DNA of 63,548 nucleotides, counting the filler, from Asterionella formosa (lineage: Eukaryota), in NCBI GenBank assembly GCA_002256025.1. It is 6 parts of 6 records of this genome, joined end to end, with 100 filler letters (N's around TTAATTAATTAA, not from the genome) between each part and the next. Parts side by side here need not be neighbours in the genome. Positions count along the whole stretch, not along the records: positions 39,780 to 59,567 come from NKIB01003545.1; 5 more parts are not named here. One strand, given 5' to 3'. The notes beneath the pieces were generated by a model. That model ran no database searches, was not told the origin of the DNA, and saw nothing but the letters and a program-made list of their open reading frames with translations. The stretch's first letter is position 1. Each line of letters begins with the position of its first letter. This document shows, one piece after another, positions 39,780 through 52,426 of the stretch. A program made the position numbers and the translations under genes.

Positions 39780-40415
39780 TAAAGGCTCATCCTCCAATCA
39801 AGGAATTTCAAGTTCAGAATATTGTGGATACCAGTTTGCTGCATCATATGCAGCTCGAGCTACTATTTATAGTACATTGTGTATTTTCACCAGGAACATG
39901 GGTTTTCCAACATGATTTGATTACAGATATGTAATTGATATTGGGATATCAATGTCGATAAGTGATAATTGACAAATGACTACGTCGTGATACTTTCCGT
40001 CGTCGTTCTTGCGATTACAAGGTTGTTGATGAGGTTTTAATCCTATCGGATAATCCTACTACCTTGGATAACCATGGACGAGGTCCTTATTCTATTTATT
40101 CAAGTATATGCCAATGGTCCAGTTACTTTTCAACAAACTATGCATACTACGGACTGAATTAATATCCATTACATCAAACCTTTTCAAAGGTAAAAGGTTT
40201 TCCCTTGGTGTGGGAGAGTGAGCGATCTTGCGCATCAATACAGATGTATATAGGGTTAGTGTTATATCATGTATGTATAAGAACTCAATAATGAGAGAAC
40301 TCGACTAACCCGCATTGTATACTTTGGTGTCGACTTGGAGAACGAGTTACACACAAGGATTAACAAATAAGCTCATATATTCAACAAATACTACTACTTC
40401 TAGTTAGATACTTCA
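39780..40415 (+). mobile_element. Ty3/Gypsy remnant: integrase C-terminus, polypurine tract and 3' LTR (from 40219)
   Basis: Broken frames read AHPPIKEFQVQNIVDT..ASYAARATI, DYKVVDEVLIL, GRGPYS, IKPF. GGTGTGGGAGAG precedes TGAGCG...CA (ending at 40386 or 40415). Confidence 0.8.
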
Positions 40416-41729
40416 CCTGGTACCAGGTACCTGCTACAATACAAGTACAAGTACATAACAGGTACCGGTACCGTCATGTACATTCCTGTGTACTCTGGAC
40501 CAGGGTGGTAAATGCAAAAAATTCAAACACCACTGCAATGCAACTTTTTACGACCGTAGTGAAAGCTAATGTACTACCGGTACCTGGTACCAGGTGTTAC
40601 CAGGTAGTAGCAGTTAAGCAGCACTGTGTACAAAGGTAGACTACAAGGTACCGGTACCAGTGATCTAGCGAAATAGTATTTGTATTGATGTACCGGTATG
40701 TATAACCGATGTATCTGATAGCTAGTAAAAATTGCTTACCGCCATGCATATGTATGTTCACTGCCTGTTAATTTACAAGCGGAATTAAAGTGCTAAAGCC
40801 AAGGCATATCCTGATGCTCTGTTGAACAATGAACAACTTGATGATGCTGGTGGCAACAAGTGCCAATGCTTAAGGAGGTCTTGGCATGACGTTGCTCTGC
40901 TGCATTGGACTTGAGCCAATTGAGTGGAATTGCGGAGGAGGTTGTGATTGCAGAAACAATTCATGTCACTTGCTTTTGCGCCTTGATTCTACAGTGGCTG
41001 CTATTGATTTGAATGCTTAATATGTTGAATGTAGAAACTCTGCTTATTTGATGGAGGAGAATTGTCCTGAAATTCCCCTGCTAGTAGCTAGCTAATTCGA
41101 GTGGAAGGTAGCTAAATTGAATGGCTGCCTGGTGAACTTGGCACTTGTTACTATCCTTGCTTCTGAAAAGTCGACATTTGCAGCATAGTAATGTGGGGTT
41201 GCTGCAGTTGACCGTGTTGCTGTCGTCCTTTGTGCATCCAAACATGCAAAGGATGCATTGACAATGACAATGACAATGACAAAACAAAGCCAGTTTTTTC
41301 AGTGCCTTGATGTGCCACCTTGTTAGGGCCACACAGACCACAGAAGCATGATATGTATTTGCCGCATTGCAAGTAACAACTTCAGAATGCTGGATAGATT
41401 GAGTTTATCTTTTGCGCCTCTTTCTTCATTGGCCTTGTTACAAATTATAAGTTGAAGAAAGGCAAAGTGAAGGCTTTATTCAGTGCCAATGAGCGACGAT
41501 GCAATGCAAAACCCTTTTTGGAAAAACTTCGACAGGAAATTGGTGCCATCACCACAATTGATTCTGAAGAAAAGAAAGCAATGATGAGCGATGTGGAGGA
41601 CAAAACTTTGGCTTGCTTGTTGCTACATCGTCTCATGATTGTAGAATATCGAAAAAACTACTAGCTAGTAGTAGTATATATATTTTTGTGTTAATGATAG
41701 TCAATGTATTGTTATTTCCAGAGAACTAA

Positions 41730-42070
41730 ACTTGTAGAAGTGGATGCCCACCATTGCAACAATCTTTCATCATTTGGTTGATTAGCTATCTATCTGGGAG
41801 ACTGTTTTGCCAACACCATATGCTTCATAAATGCGGTCAATGGCTACATGAGCAGTAAAGCTATCCAGCTCGAACTAAGCATGCCACCGATTCCCACAAG
41901 ACCTTGCGCCAAGCGACAATAGAGGCACTTTACACGCCCTCTTTCGACCCTTGTAAATAGACTAGCCTATCAGGCTTTCGACCACCAATTCCCACTTCAA
42001 ACTCCTGTCAGAGTACACCGAGTGTCTTTGGGGTCTTACTAAGAAGACTGTCATGGTGGTATTCTGGCTC
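41730..42070 (-). mobile_element. Crypton-like (tyrosine-recombinase transposon) C-terminal GCR1_C-like fragment
   Basis: LSKTPKTLGVL*QEFEVGIGGRKP..FTRVERGRVKCLYCR.RKVLW..LVRAG..TAHVAIDRIYEAYG...GGHP across broken frames. Confidence 0.65.
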
Positions 42071-44039
42071 CACAACCAGCCCACCATTACACCCACGTCA
42101 AATCCGAATTCATTTTCAAGTTGTTGTTCATTGTCGTTTTGATTCTTGCTTATTCACTCTTGGAGGCTGAAATTAAATTCGAAATTTGTATCATTGAAAG
42201 TTGGGGGCGCAGCTGCAGGGGCAACAGGTCGAAGGAAGCATATGCAAATTGTTACCAAAGTGGTGCACAATTAACTTTGTTCTTTAGGGGAAGGTAGCTA
42301 CGTGCAGAGTATTCTGTAATGTTGACGACAATAAATAAGGTTTTGAACTGATAATCGAAACATGCAGCCCATCCAGCAAATCGTTGTTGTCACAAATAGT
42401 ACTTTCTAGAAAAATGAGCTTGGGCTGCCTCCAATGTTTGCTTCCATTAGGGTTAAGCTTATGGTTAGGCTTAGGCGGCTTAGGCTTGCGTAGTAAACAG
42501 TCTGAGCAAACTTCCATCTCTTGCCATGCTTTGCTTGCCTACTCCCTGCAAAAGCATCATTTTCATCTGTTTTCTGTAAAGGAATGCATTTTTTGCATTG
42601 CTTGCATTGCTTGTCAAGAAATCGAAAGCTCTGCAATATCGGTATCGGTAAGGAATTGCATGCAGGTCATCACTGATATCTTGCTTATCATCCACTTTTG
42701 CTAAATTTCTTTCTGTTGCCAGCCAGCACCATGAGGGAAAAAACGGTAATCTACAGTCTAAATTACGGGCTTTGACGGGCTTGCTTCGATTTATCGCTTA
42801 ATGAGCATGCTGTTTTTCCACGCCAAAGCCATACCAACATGAATTGCAGTTTAGCAACATGTAACAAGCACATTATAGCTACCTCATCTGGAAAGTGTGT
42901 GAGTCGATTTTGCGACGAAAAAGACAAGTTGCTTCAACTGGAGCAACAATGACATCACTTCTCAGGGAGTGACACCAAACCACAATTGCTAAATTCCTGA
43001 AATCAACAGTGATGCATGCTTTCGGACTGGAAGCAAATTAAACCACCAACGCATCTGAAATCCCTGTGAGTCAATTTCCAGCCAAAGATAGCTAGTACCT
43101 AGTTTATGCATAGAATTTGCTTCCCAATGCTGTGCATGACCATCAGGTCCTTCATAAGAATGTTAGTGTGTAGTGTGCAGCAGCCAAATTTTCTAGACAG
43201 CAGAGCTTTCTTTCAAAGGAAAAGCGGATGGATCACATTGCACTGGTCCAACAATAATTTATTTTAACTAGCTAATTTAACTAATTAACTTTATTGAGTT
43301 GTTTCTAGAGCTTGAAAGCAGCTGATTCCGAAGCTTGCTTCTTTAACAGGAACTTCAACACCACCAGTGCGTGGGGAAGGGAAAATCAAGAAGGAGGACA
43401 TTCCTACTATCATCAAGACCCCATTCCTTGGTGAAAGCGCTTTGTTACAAATTCCATCCTGGTCCGATGCGATGCGCACGCCTCTGGAAATTCCATACTG
43501 GTCCAATGCGCACGCTTCTGGACAATCATCAAACTGTAGTAGGTTGTGGTATGCATGGTGCTGTGCCGGTGGGGCTGGTATGATGGTATTCTTCTTCATA
43601 TCTTGTACAGAAGGCAGGTGCACCTACACCTAGCAAAGGAAAGATTGAGACTTGGGAGGAGGCATTCGATTTTTGTTCCTTTTGAGTGTTGGTGAAACTG
43701 GTCCGCTAAAGTTGATTGTCAAGATAGGTCTTGAGTGAGTCACGCTAGAACAAAAAACGGATTCAATAAGCAATCACGAAAGAGACTTTGAATACCCTAA
43801 CCCTAACAGTTTTGTGCCAACAAAATGACACCAGTGACAAATGTGGTTTTATCAAGTGTCCTGATTGGCTATAGTATAGGAAACAAGCTACATTATATGA
43901 ACACTTGATCCAATTTGGATAAATAGGAGATAAATTGGATATGTCTTCTGTGAATTAGGTTGATGATAAAACAAAAAAATGCATCATGATTGGATACTCT
44001 AAAAACCACTCAGGTGATACCTACCAACTCTTTAACCCT

Positions 44040-46193
44040 CTAACAAAGAAGGTGATCAAGAGCTGTGATGTAAAATGGACAGTTGAAAATATTGGAATCT
44101 AACCGTAGGTAATTGAGACTTGTCAAGAGTCCAATCTCTGTGGGTAGTGTGCCAGTAAGTTTATTGTTGTTCAAAAGTAGAGCATGGAGACTTGTCAAGT
44201 GTCCAATCTCTGTGGGTATTGTGCCATTGAAAGTATTGGAATGCAACCATAGAGATTGGACACTTGTTAAGAGTCCAATCTCTGTGGGAAGTGTGCCAGT
44301 GAAAGTATTGGAGGACAAAAGTAGAGCATTGAGACTCGTCAAGTGTCCAATCTCTGTGGGTAGTGTGCCATTGAAAGTATTGGAATGCAACCATAGAGAT
44401 TGGAGACTTGTTAAGAGTCCAATCTCTGTGGGAAGTGTGCCAGTGAAAGTATTGGAGAACAAAAGTAGAGAATTGAGACTTCTCAAAAGTCCAATCTCTG
44501 TGGGAAGTGTGCCAGTAAGAGAATTCCTATAAAAAACTAGAGTAGTGAGATTTGTCAAGAGTCCAATCTCTGTAGGTAAGTTGGATTCGCAAAGCCCCTC
44601 ATATGATAACTCAGTAGTGTTACAAGTATATAGTTTCCCACACACAAAAATTGAGTTGGTGCAACGCAAAGTGGTTGGGTTACTTGAAGGCTGACCAGTA
44701 GGATTGCTTGTAGGCTGGGTGGTAGGTAATCTTGTTGGTTGACTGGTAGGCCAAAATGGCGAAGCAGATGGTGAAGAAACAGGGTTCAAGGAATGGAATG
44801 GTGCAGGAAGCGTGCCAGTGAAAGTATTCTTGTCCAAATCTAGAAAATTGAGATTTGTCAATAGTCCAATCTCTGTGGGAAGTGTGCCATTGAATGAATT
44901 TCCGTACAAATTTAGATAATCGAGACTTGTCAACTTTCCAATCTCTGTGGGAAGTGTGCCACTGAAAGAATTTCCGTACAAAGATAGAAGATTGAGACTT
45001 ATCAGATTTCCAATATCTGTGGGAAGTGTGCCACTGAAAGAATTTCCGTACAAAGATAGAAGATTGAGACTTGTCAGATTTCCAATATCTGTGGGAAGTG
45101 TGCCAGTAAGTCCATTGTTGTCCAAATATAGAAGTTTCAGACTTGTCAAGAGTAAAATCTCTGTGGGAAATGTGCCATGGAGAGTATTGCCATTAAAATC
45201 TAAAAGAGAAAGACTTCTCAAGAGTCCAAACTCTGTGGGAAGTTTGCCAGCAAAACTATTGGATCTCAAGTAAAGAAAATTGAGACTTTCTTTCAAAAAT
45301 CCGATCTCTGTGGGAAGTTTGCCAGTGAAGAAATTTGAATTCAAAAATAGATTTATGAGACTTGTCAAGCGTCCAATCTCTGTGGGAAGTGTGCCAGTAA
45401 AAGCATTGTTATACAAACCTAGAAAATTGAGATTTGTCAACAGTCCAATCTCTGTGGGAAGCGAGCCATTGAAAAAATTGGAGTCCGAATTTAGAGAAAG
45501 GAGATTTGTCAAAAGTCCTATCTCTGTGGGAAGTGTGCCAGTAAGAGAATTTCTATAAAAAAGTAGAGTAGTGAGATTTGTCAAGAGTCCAATCTCCGTA
45601 GGTAAGTTGGATTCGCAAAGCCCATTAGACGATAAATCAGTAGTGTCACAAGTATATAGTTTCCCACACACAAAAATTGAGTTGGTGCAAGTTGGCTTGT
45701 TTATGGGCTGGATGGTGGGAAAACTGGTTGGCTTGTTTGTGGCTTGGATGGTAGGAAAACTAGTTGGCTTGGTGGTTGGCTTGCTTGTGGGCTGAATGGT
45801 AGGAAAACTAGTTGGCTTGCTTGTTGGTCTGATGGTAGGAAAACTAGTTGGCTTGGTGGTTGGCTTGCTTGTGGGCTGAATGGTAGGAAAACTAGTTGGC
45901 TTGCTTGTTGGTCTGATGGTTGGAAAACTAATTGGCTTGGTGGTTGGCTTGTTTGTGGTCTGGATGGTAGGAAAACTAGTTGGCTTGGTGGTTGGCTTGT
46001 TTGTAAGCAGGATGGAATAAGCATCTTGCGTTTTACTTTTAACTATTGTGGTAACTTGTGTCCCGTCTCCTACCACTTTGTCACGCCTCGCTTTATGGGT
46101 TGGAAATGTGTTTGGGTGAGCCTGTTGACAGAAAAGCAGGAAATTGACAAAACCAACACAGTAGCAAATAAGACATGGATATCTCACCATCAT
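44040..46193 (-). CDS. Probably secreted/surface leucine-rich-repeat protein: PT-repeat stalk, Cys cap + 11 LRRs, PT linker, Cys cap + 7 LRRs
   Basis: Intact intronless ORF (open from 46313). Likely start MMVRYPCLICYCVGFVNFLLFCQQA. Plant-type 24-aa consensus LPTEIGLLTxLxxLxLxxNxFxGT. Confidence 0.88.
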   Translation of the reverse strand: MMVRYPCLICYCVGFVNFLLFCQQAHPNTFPTHKARRDKVVGDGTQVTTIVKSKTQDAYSILLTNKPTTKPTSFPTIQTTNKPTTKPISFPTIRPTSKPTSFPTIQPTSKPTTKPTSFPTIRPTSKPTSFPTIQPTSKPTTKPTSFPTIQATNKPTSFPTIQPINKPTCTNSIFVCGKLYTCDTTDLSSNGLCESNLPTEIGLLTNLTTLLFYRNSLTGTLPTEIGLLTNLLSLNSDSNFFNGSLPTEIGLLTNLNFLGLYNNAFTGTLPTEIGRLTSLINLFLNSNFFTGKLPTEIGFLKESLNFLYLRSNSFAGKLPTEFGLLRSLSLLDFNGNTLHGTFPTEILLLTSLKLLYLDNNGLTGTLPTDIGNLTSLNLLSLYGNSFSGTLPTDIGNLISLNLLSLYGNSFSGTLPTEIGKLTSLDYLNLYGNSFNGTLPTEIGLLTNLNFLDLDKNTFTGTLPAPFHSLNPVSSPSASPFWPTSQPTRLPTTQPTSNPTGQPSSNPTTLRCTNSIFVCGKLYTCNTTELSYEGLCESNLPTEIGLLTNLTTLVFYRNSLTGTLPTEIGLLRSLNSLLLFSNTFTGTLPTEIGLLTSLQSLWLHSNTFNGTLPTEIGHLTSLNALLLSSNTFTGTLPTEIGLLTSVQSLWLHSNTFNGTIPTEIGHLTSLHALLLNNNKLTGTLPTEIGLLTSLNYLRLDSNIFNCPFYITALDHLLC

Positions 46194-46404
46194 GAAGAAA
46201 GAGGTTCGAATCTGCAGTACTGGAGTTCTGAAGATCATACAAGAAACTTGGGACATTCCCTTCGGCTGCAGTGCTACAAACCAAGATGTTAACGCATGAG
46301 AGGAAAAGTGCAAGTTTCATTTTGCAATGGAATGGCAATATCATATATTTCATGCTTGAACAAGCAAACCTCTCCGAATTAAAAGGATGTTGAATTTGTG
46401 ACAA

Positions 46405-47152
46405 GAAATGGTTTTGGAAATTTAAGGAAAACCATTACAAACAGCTCCGTGGTGCATCTTCCATTTTGGTATCTTTTTGACGTTGTCGACTTCCTAAGAG
46501 GTCGCTAGATTTACTTTTATGTACGTTGGCCACTACCCCCCTACAGACTTTCTATTTGGTGGGATTAACTGGTTCTCCTACCCCGTACATAGCACATGTT
46601 TGTTTCTGGTGTTTTTTTGACATTGTCGACTACCTAAGAGGTCCCTAAGAGGTCTATCTTGACTTGTATATACATGGTTTTGAAAATGAACATTTAAGAA
46701 AAAACCATTACAAACAGCTCCGTGGTGCATTTTCCATTTTTTTATCTTTTTGACATTGTCCACTTTCTAAGAGGTCTACTGGGTAGCTTGACTTGTATTA
46801 ACGTTGGACACTACCCCTACTGGCCGTAGGGAATTTCTATTTGGTGGTGATAACTGTTTCTTGTACTCTGCACATTGCTGCACAAACTCTTCTTTGCATA
46901 TGTTCCTTTTGGTATCTGTTTGACATTGTCGACTTCCTAAGAGGTCGCTAGATTTACTTTTATGTACGTTGGCCACTACCCCCCTACAGACTTTCTATTT
47001 GGTGGGATTAACTGGTTCTCCTACCCCGTACATAGCACATGTTTGTTTCTGGTGTTTTTTTGACATTGTCGACTACCTAAGAGGTCCCTTAGAGGTCTAG
47101 CTTGACTAGGTGCACATGTTCTTTTTTGGTATCTTTTTGACGTCATCGACTT
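46405..47152. repeat. Complex higher-order tandem array with a conserved ~28-bp core
   Basis: Core TTTGACATTGTCGACT(T/A)CCTAAGAGGTC at ~46476, 46616, 46749, 46919 and 47059, with a partial copy at ~47136. Confidence 0.85.
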
Positions 47153-47569
47153 ACTACGGCACTTTTTCGAATTTATTTCTAAAATGACGTATTAATGTTA
47201 CTTTTCTAAAATATTATGTTACTCTTTTTGAAATCTTATGTTACTTTTTCCCTAACTTATTCGGGTTTAAAAAAATTATTTCATTTCTTGAATAATTATA
47301 TGATCACACCAATAATTATGTGCGTTCATGACAATATATGTTAACCAACTAGCCATTGCGACAGTATAAAAGCAAAATTATGCTGCTTTCAACACATTCG
47401 CCAATTCCGATTCACTTCTTTTTTTTCCTGCTCTGACATATTTCTTTGATTTCAAGTAGTAGTTGATGTTGTAGTCACATTGTTTAGTCATTTTTGATTG
47501 CAGAGATTACAATAGCCAGCCAGATTAGAAATAAAGCACCGTTGTTCCTTGTTGAGCATCCTTGAGCAT

Positions 47570-48140
47570 TGCATGTCACCATAGTGAATCGTACTTGAGA
47601 TGTGCCACAATGGCCTTCTCCGTTTTGGAGCAGCTACAAAATAGTCTACAGCGATAACTCTAGCAAGTACAATATAGAAAAAGAAGCAAAGGATGAGCAG
47701 CTGTCATCGATTGAATTCGTAAATTCGTTAAAAAAACAGCTGTTGCATATTTTAACATTCAATGCATGTTGCCATAGTGAGTCAAAATTGAGATGTGCCA
47801 CAACGACCATCTCTTTTTCAGAGCGGATACAAATAGACTACAGCGATAACTCTAGCAAGTACAATATAGAAAAAGAAGCAAAGGATGAGCAGCTGTCATT
47901 GAATGAATTCGTAAAATTGTTTAGAAACAGCTGTTGCATATTTTAACATTCAATGCATGTCGCTGTAGTGAGTCAAAATTGAGATGTGCCGCAATGGCTG
48001 TCTCTTTTTCAGAGTGGCTACAAATAGTCTACAGCGATAACTCTAGCAAGTACAATGAAGAAAAAGAAGCAAAGGATGAGCAGCTGTCAACGATTGAATT
48101 AGTAAAATTGTTTAGAAACAGCTGTTGCATATTTTAACAT
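47570..48140. repeat. Tandem repeat, ~191-192-bp unit x3
   Basis: TAGCAAGTACAAT recurs at 47661, 47853 and 48044. Confidence 0.9.
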
Positions 48141-48287
48141 ACTGCCTGACATAAGTATAGTATAAGTATAACTGGTATACTGCTGGATGCCAAAAAATGG
48201 CTCGCAGTTAACTGCAGTATAAAATCACCAACCTATGCTGTCCATTGTATAATCTATTGTACCACCTGGTACCCTGGTAGTACCAAT

Positions 48288-49050
48288 TGAAGTATCTAAC
48301 TAGAAGTAGTAGTATTTGTTGAATATATGAGCTTATTTGTTAATCCTTGTGCGTAACTTGTTCTCTAAGTCGACACCAAAGTATACAATAAGGGTTAGTC
48401 AAGTTCTCTCATTATTGAGTTCTGATATATATGATATAACACTAACCCTATATACATCTGTATTGATGCGCAAGATCGCTCACTCTCCCACACCAAGGGA
48501 AAACCTTTTATCTTTCAAAAGGTTTGATGCAATGAATATTAATTTGTTCTGTAGTATGCATGGTTTGTTGAAAAGTAACTGTGCCATTGGCATATACTTG
48601 AATAATAGAATAAGGACCTCGTCCACAGTCATCCAAGGTAGTAGGATTGTTATCCAATAGGATTAAAATCTCATCACCAACTTTGTAATCACAAGAACAA
48701 TGACAGAATCTATCACAATGTATACATTTGTCAATTATCACTTATCGACATTGATATCCCAATATCAAGTGCATATCTGTAATCAAAGGAATATTTAATA
48801 TCATATCATGTTGGAAAATCCAGCCATATTCCTGGTGAAATAGGCAATATGCTAGAAATAGTAGCTCGAGCTGCATGTAGTTCGAGCTGCATATGATGCA
48901 GCAAACAGGGTATCCACAATATTTTGAGCTTGAAATTCCTTGATTGGAGGATGAGTCTTTAACATAATTCGTGGACTGTTACTGATAGATTGATGTAAAC
49001 GTTCACAGATAGAATTTGCTGTTGGAATCTTGACTGTAATAGTCCCATTG
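48288..49050 (-). mobile_element. Second Ty3/Gypsy remnant (integrase tail + 3' LTR), inverted copy of 39780-40415
   Basis: Reverse-complement match. Reads PTANSICERLHQSI, DYKVGDEILILLDNNPTTLDDCGRGPYSIIQVYANGTVT..INIHCIKPF. Confidence 0.85.
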
Positions 49051-49449
49051 ATTTGAATTTTAATCATGCCCATCATCAGGATACCTACCTGTATATATTT
49101 AGCACACATTTTTTTGCATGTAAACATACATACCAGTATGCGATACAATTGATTTGAATTCAAATCATGTCCATCATAGTGACACCTATACACCGGTATG
49201 TTGCACAGATATTTGTATGTAAATGTACTACGTGTATGATTGATTTGAATTTGAATCATGCCCATGATAGGGATAGGGTTAGGGAGTGACATTGGTATCT
49301 ATTGTCACCTTATACTCAGGCTACAACACGTTCTTGTACAGACAAGGTGACGACATTGGTATCGTCTATTGGTGATGAATGGGACGCAATAACGCGTTGT
49401 TCTCATACAAACAAGGTGACATTGATATCTATTGTCACTGCGTACTTAG

Positions 49450-49762
49450 GTTAAAAGTAAGATCAAACAAGCTAAAAGTTCTTATCTGTGATCTTATTCA
49501 TTGGCAATCATATCTGACCTAAAAGTATGATCTGTAATTTTTTAGTATTAAGATATATTCATGTTAAAGTAAGATCAAAAAAGCTGAAAATTGTTATCTG
49601 TGATCTTTTTTATTGGCAATCGTATCTAACCAAAGTATGATCTATAATTTTTTAGTAGTAAGATATATTCATGTTAAAAGTAAGATCAAAAAAGCTGAAA
49701 ATTGTTATCTGTGATCTTATTTATTGGCAATCATTTCTAACCAGGAGGCATGATCTGTAATT
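49450..49762. repeat. Tandem repeat, ~112-bp unit x ~2.8, abutting repeat copy C
   Basis: AAAGTAAGATCAAA at ~49454, 49566 and 49677. Confidence 0.88.
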
Positions 49763-49777
49763 TGCATGTTCCGAATA

Positions 49778-51493
49778 AAGAAAAAACGACACAACAATGA
49801 ACGTTATGGCTGGTTGTTGAGGATACCGGTGTGTGATATGTATCAATCCATATCACAAATCATATTATAGTGATGTACATATCAACGCATCCATATAGTA
49901 CTGAGATCCTATCCACCGTATAATACTATATCATATTAACTTTTGGCTTTTACTGTATACATTAAAAGTCGAATTTATATATTAAGTAACATAATTATGA
50001 TTTTTATTTTTATTTTCTGTGATGTATCGATAACACTAGGGTACATATTTTATCGTATTTTATTGTCATTGTATTACTTAAACATGATCACATTTTGATC
50101 AAAATATATCAAAAAGATTTTAAGAAATCTTTACATTTCTATGATCAATGCATCATAGCTATGTGATATACTTTATTGAATATTACGTCCTACTTTGGTG
50201 ATGTATGCATCGATGTAAACCTATTGTGATATCACATTATCATCCTATCAATCATGATGAGATGATTGGGAACTGTAGTATTCTGCATCTTACTATGGAG
50301 TACGATATTATAACACGCACTTTAGTAGTAGCTAAGTCACTCCTGTAATGTAAACAAGTCGACAGTGCATATACACACACACTAATCAGGTTTGAGGCAA
50401 CGGACAGTGGTTCCAGCGAGCGAATGATGATACCACAGGTACCAATTTTTCCAGCAGCAAACCGCAATGATGAAGAACACTTTGTCCCTCTATTGATGAG
50501 GATGATACGGACACCGACTTTTCCAGGAGCAAACAACAATGAAGAGAGCCAGTCCACTTGTCGCTCTATTGATGGTGACAAAGATGCGTACAAGTTCAAC
50601 AGACCCAGTGAATACAAGAACAAGCAACATACCAATGAAAACAAGTCGGCAGTGTGTGTATGCACACGCCAAGCAGGTTTGAGGCAATGGACAGTTCCAA
50701 CAAGCAAATGACGATATGGATATCAAATAATTCCTACGAGCACACAACAATGAAAAGAGCCACTTGCTTTCGCTCTCTTGATGGTATCAAAGATGCAGAC
50801 AAGTTCAATAGTAAAAACAAGTACAGCATCCCAAATGCAGAAATGAGCGATATGAAAAAGAAATTGTAATCAGAATCATTCTATAACTATAGCTATGTGG
50901 ACAGGAGTCTGACTCTCAATAGTAGATGTGGTATCATGTGAGAATTTAAAATGTCAACGAGAATAAGTAGAATGTGTTTGTTTACGGGTTGATTGGCGAG
51001 ACTGTAATGCTGGTGGTCGACGAAACGGATTCACAATGTGCGCTGTATGCGGAACCATTACGAGTTTGAATGATTTCTTCTCTGTAAACTCTTAATTGAA
51101 TGATTATGAACAAAGGTTCACTGCACATGACAATTACTCAAAGATATAATGATCACATGACCAGCCAACAATTGAAGATGTCATTATCGCAAACAATCAT
51201 TCCACTTGTCATCCCTAGTATTTCGTCGTTGTTGCAAAAATCATAGTGATGACGGATGGAAATGACAAGCCAAATTACATTATTTCAGCTGGTACATTAT
51301 CCTACCAAGAAATTCGAATACAGGAATCAAATAGAAACAATACATATAATAATTAATTATATGTGGTCAAAAGGGTTACTATTTAAATTACAAAGGCATT
51401 TATCAAAATTATTAGATGATAAAACGAAAAATTATGATCAGATGATCACAATCCTATGATGCATCATGTACATATGATTTTTTTTTGCAGACG
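49778..51493 (+). repeat. Dispersed ~1.7-kb repeat family, copy C
   Basis: Collinear with copies A and B. Ends TTTTTTGCAGACG. Confidence 0.9.
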
Positions 51494-52426
51494 GTCCATT
51501 CCCACATTAAATTCTTCATTATTGTTTCATGTCTCAAAAGTGTAGACTGTAATTTCTTCTGGATTCCTGCACCTTATTCAATCATGAGTGCCTCGAAAAA
51601 CCCCAAGAACGCGTTGTCTGCTCGGAATGAAGATGAAGATGTTTCTCTGGTGACAATTGATCTTGTTTCCATATTGAAGGGTAATTATTCTGGCGAAATT
51701 GACCAGTTTGTATGCTACACGAAGGACAAAGCTTCGTCGTTTAATGTGTAATGTGTACGACAGGGTCTCCAATAAATCAGTTCTCGACCTTGCCCGGAAG
51801 CCTTCTGATATCAAGAAAATCGTTCCTTGGGACAATTCTTCTCCTTTGTCTGAATACTTCGAATCTGTTTTGGAGGATGAGGTATGGATAAAGATCAAGA
51901 TTGATCGCTCAGATGGCCCCCGCAGCACAGTTCCTTTCTCATGGTCTAAATCACGAATCGCCCATTCTTCTCGATTATTTTCGTGACTGTCTGTTTGCCG
52001 CCGAACAACTTGAGTGTACAGAAGTAAGCGATTGCGCGTTAGCCGCAACTCTTGCTTCAGAAGAGCAGAATAGTAGTATTATTGATTAGTTGTCCTACTT
52101 CGAAATGAAATGCCAATTCTTTGTCCTTTGTAGTCAAAGAATATAATAGATTGGTAAGTATAAAATATAACTCAATCATGCATTTGCCCCATCCCGCCCT
52201 ATGAAAACTACCAGATAGTAGTACTATCCAGCATACATACCGGTAATCATAAATTTATAATATTGCATACATGTGGGTGCAGGTCCATCACCAGACCACA
52301 ATACCAATTTTACTGAATCCATTTCTTTTTTATTTCCATATGGTTATATTGCATGATCACTTGCTTAGTAGTACTACCGTAATAGCAGTGATATCTGTCG
52401 TGTTGTAAATTATATGACAGATCATC

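Noticed and set aside
44110..45610. CRISPR-like pattern of a ~24-bp repeat every 72 bp
   Set aside because: It is the coding periodicity of 24-aa LRRs in an intact ORF. The context is eukaryotic with no cas genes.
44113..46292. Plus-strand ORFs opposite the LRR gene, and similar antisense ORFs over the M11, GOLD, reductase and GTPase genes
   Set aside because: Shadow frames caused by codon bias and repeats; no independent motifs.
46405..47152. CRISPR array
   Set aside because: Intervening segments are long, uneven and duplicated, and no cas genes are present.
553..51493. The three 1.7-kb repeats as paired LTRs of one giant element or as a segmental triplication
   Set aside because: They lie on separate unlinked contigs, have ragged left ends, and lack TG...CA termini with PBS/PPT.
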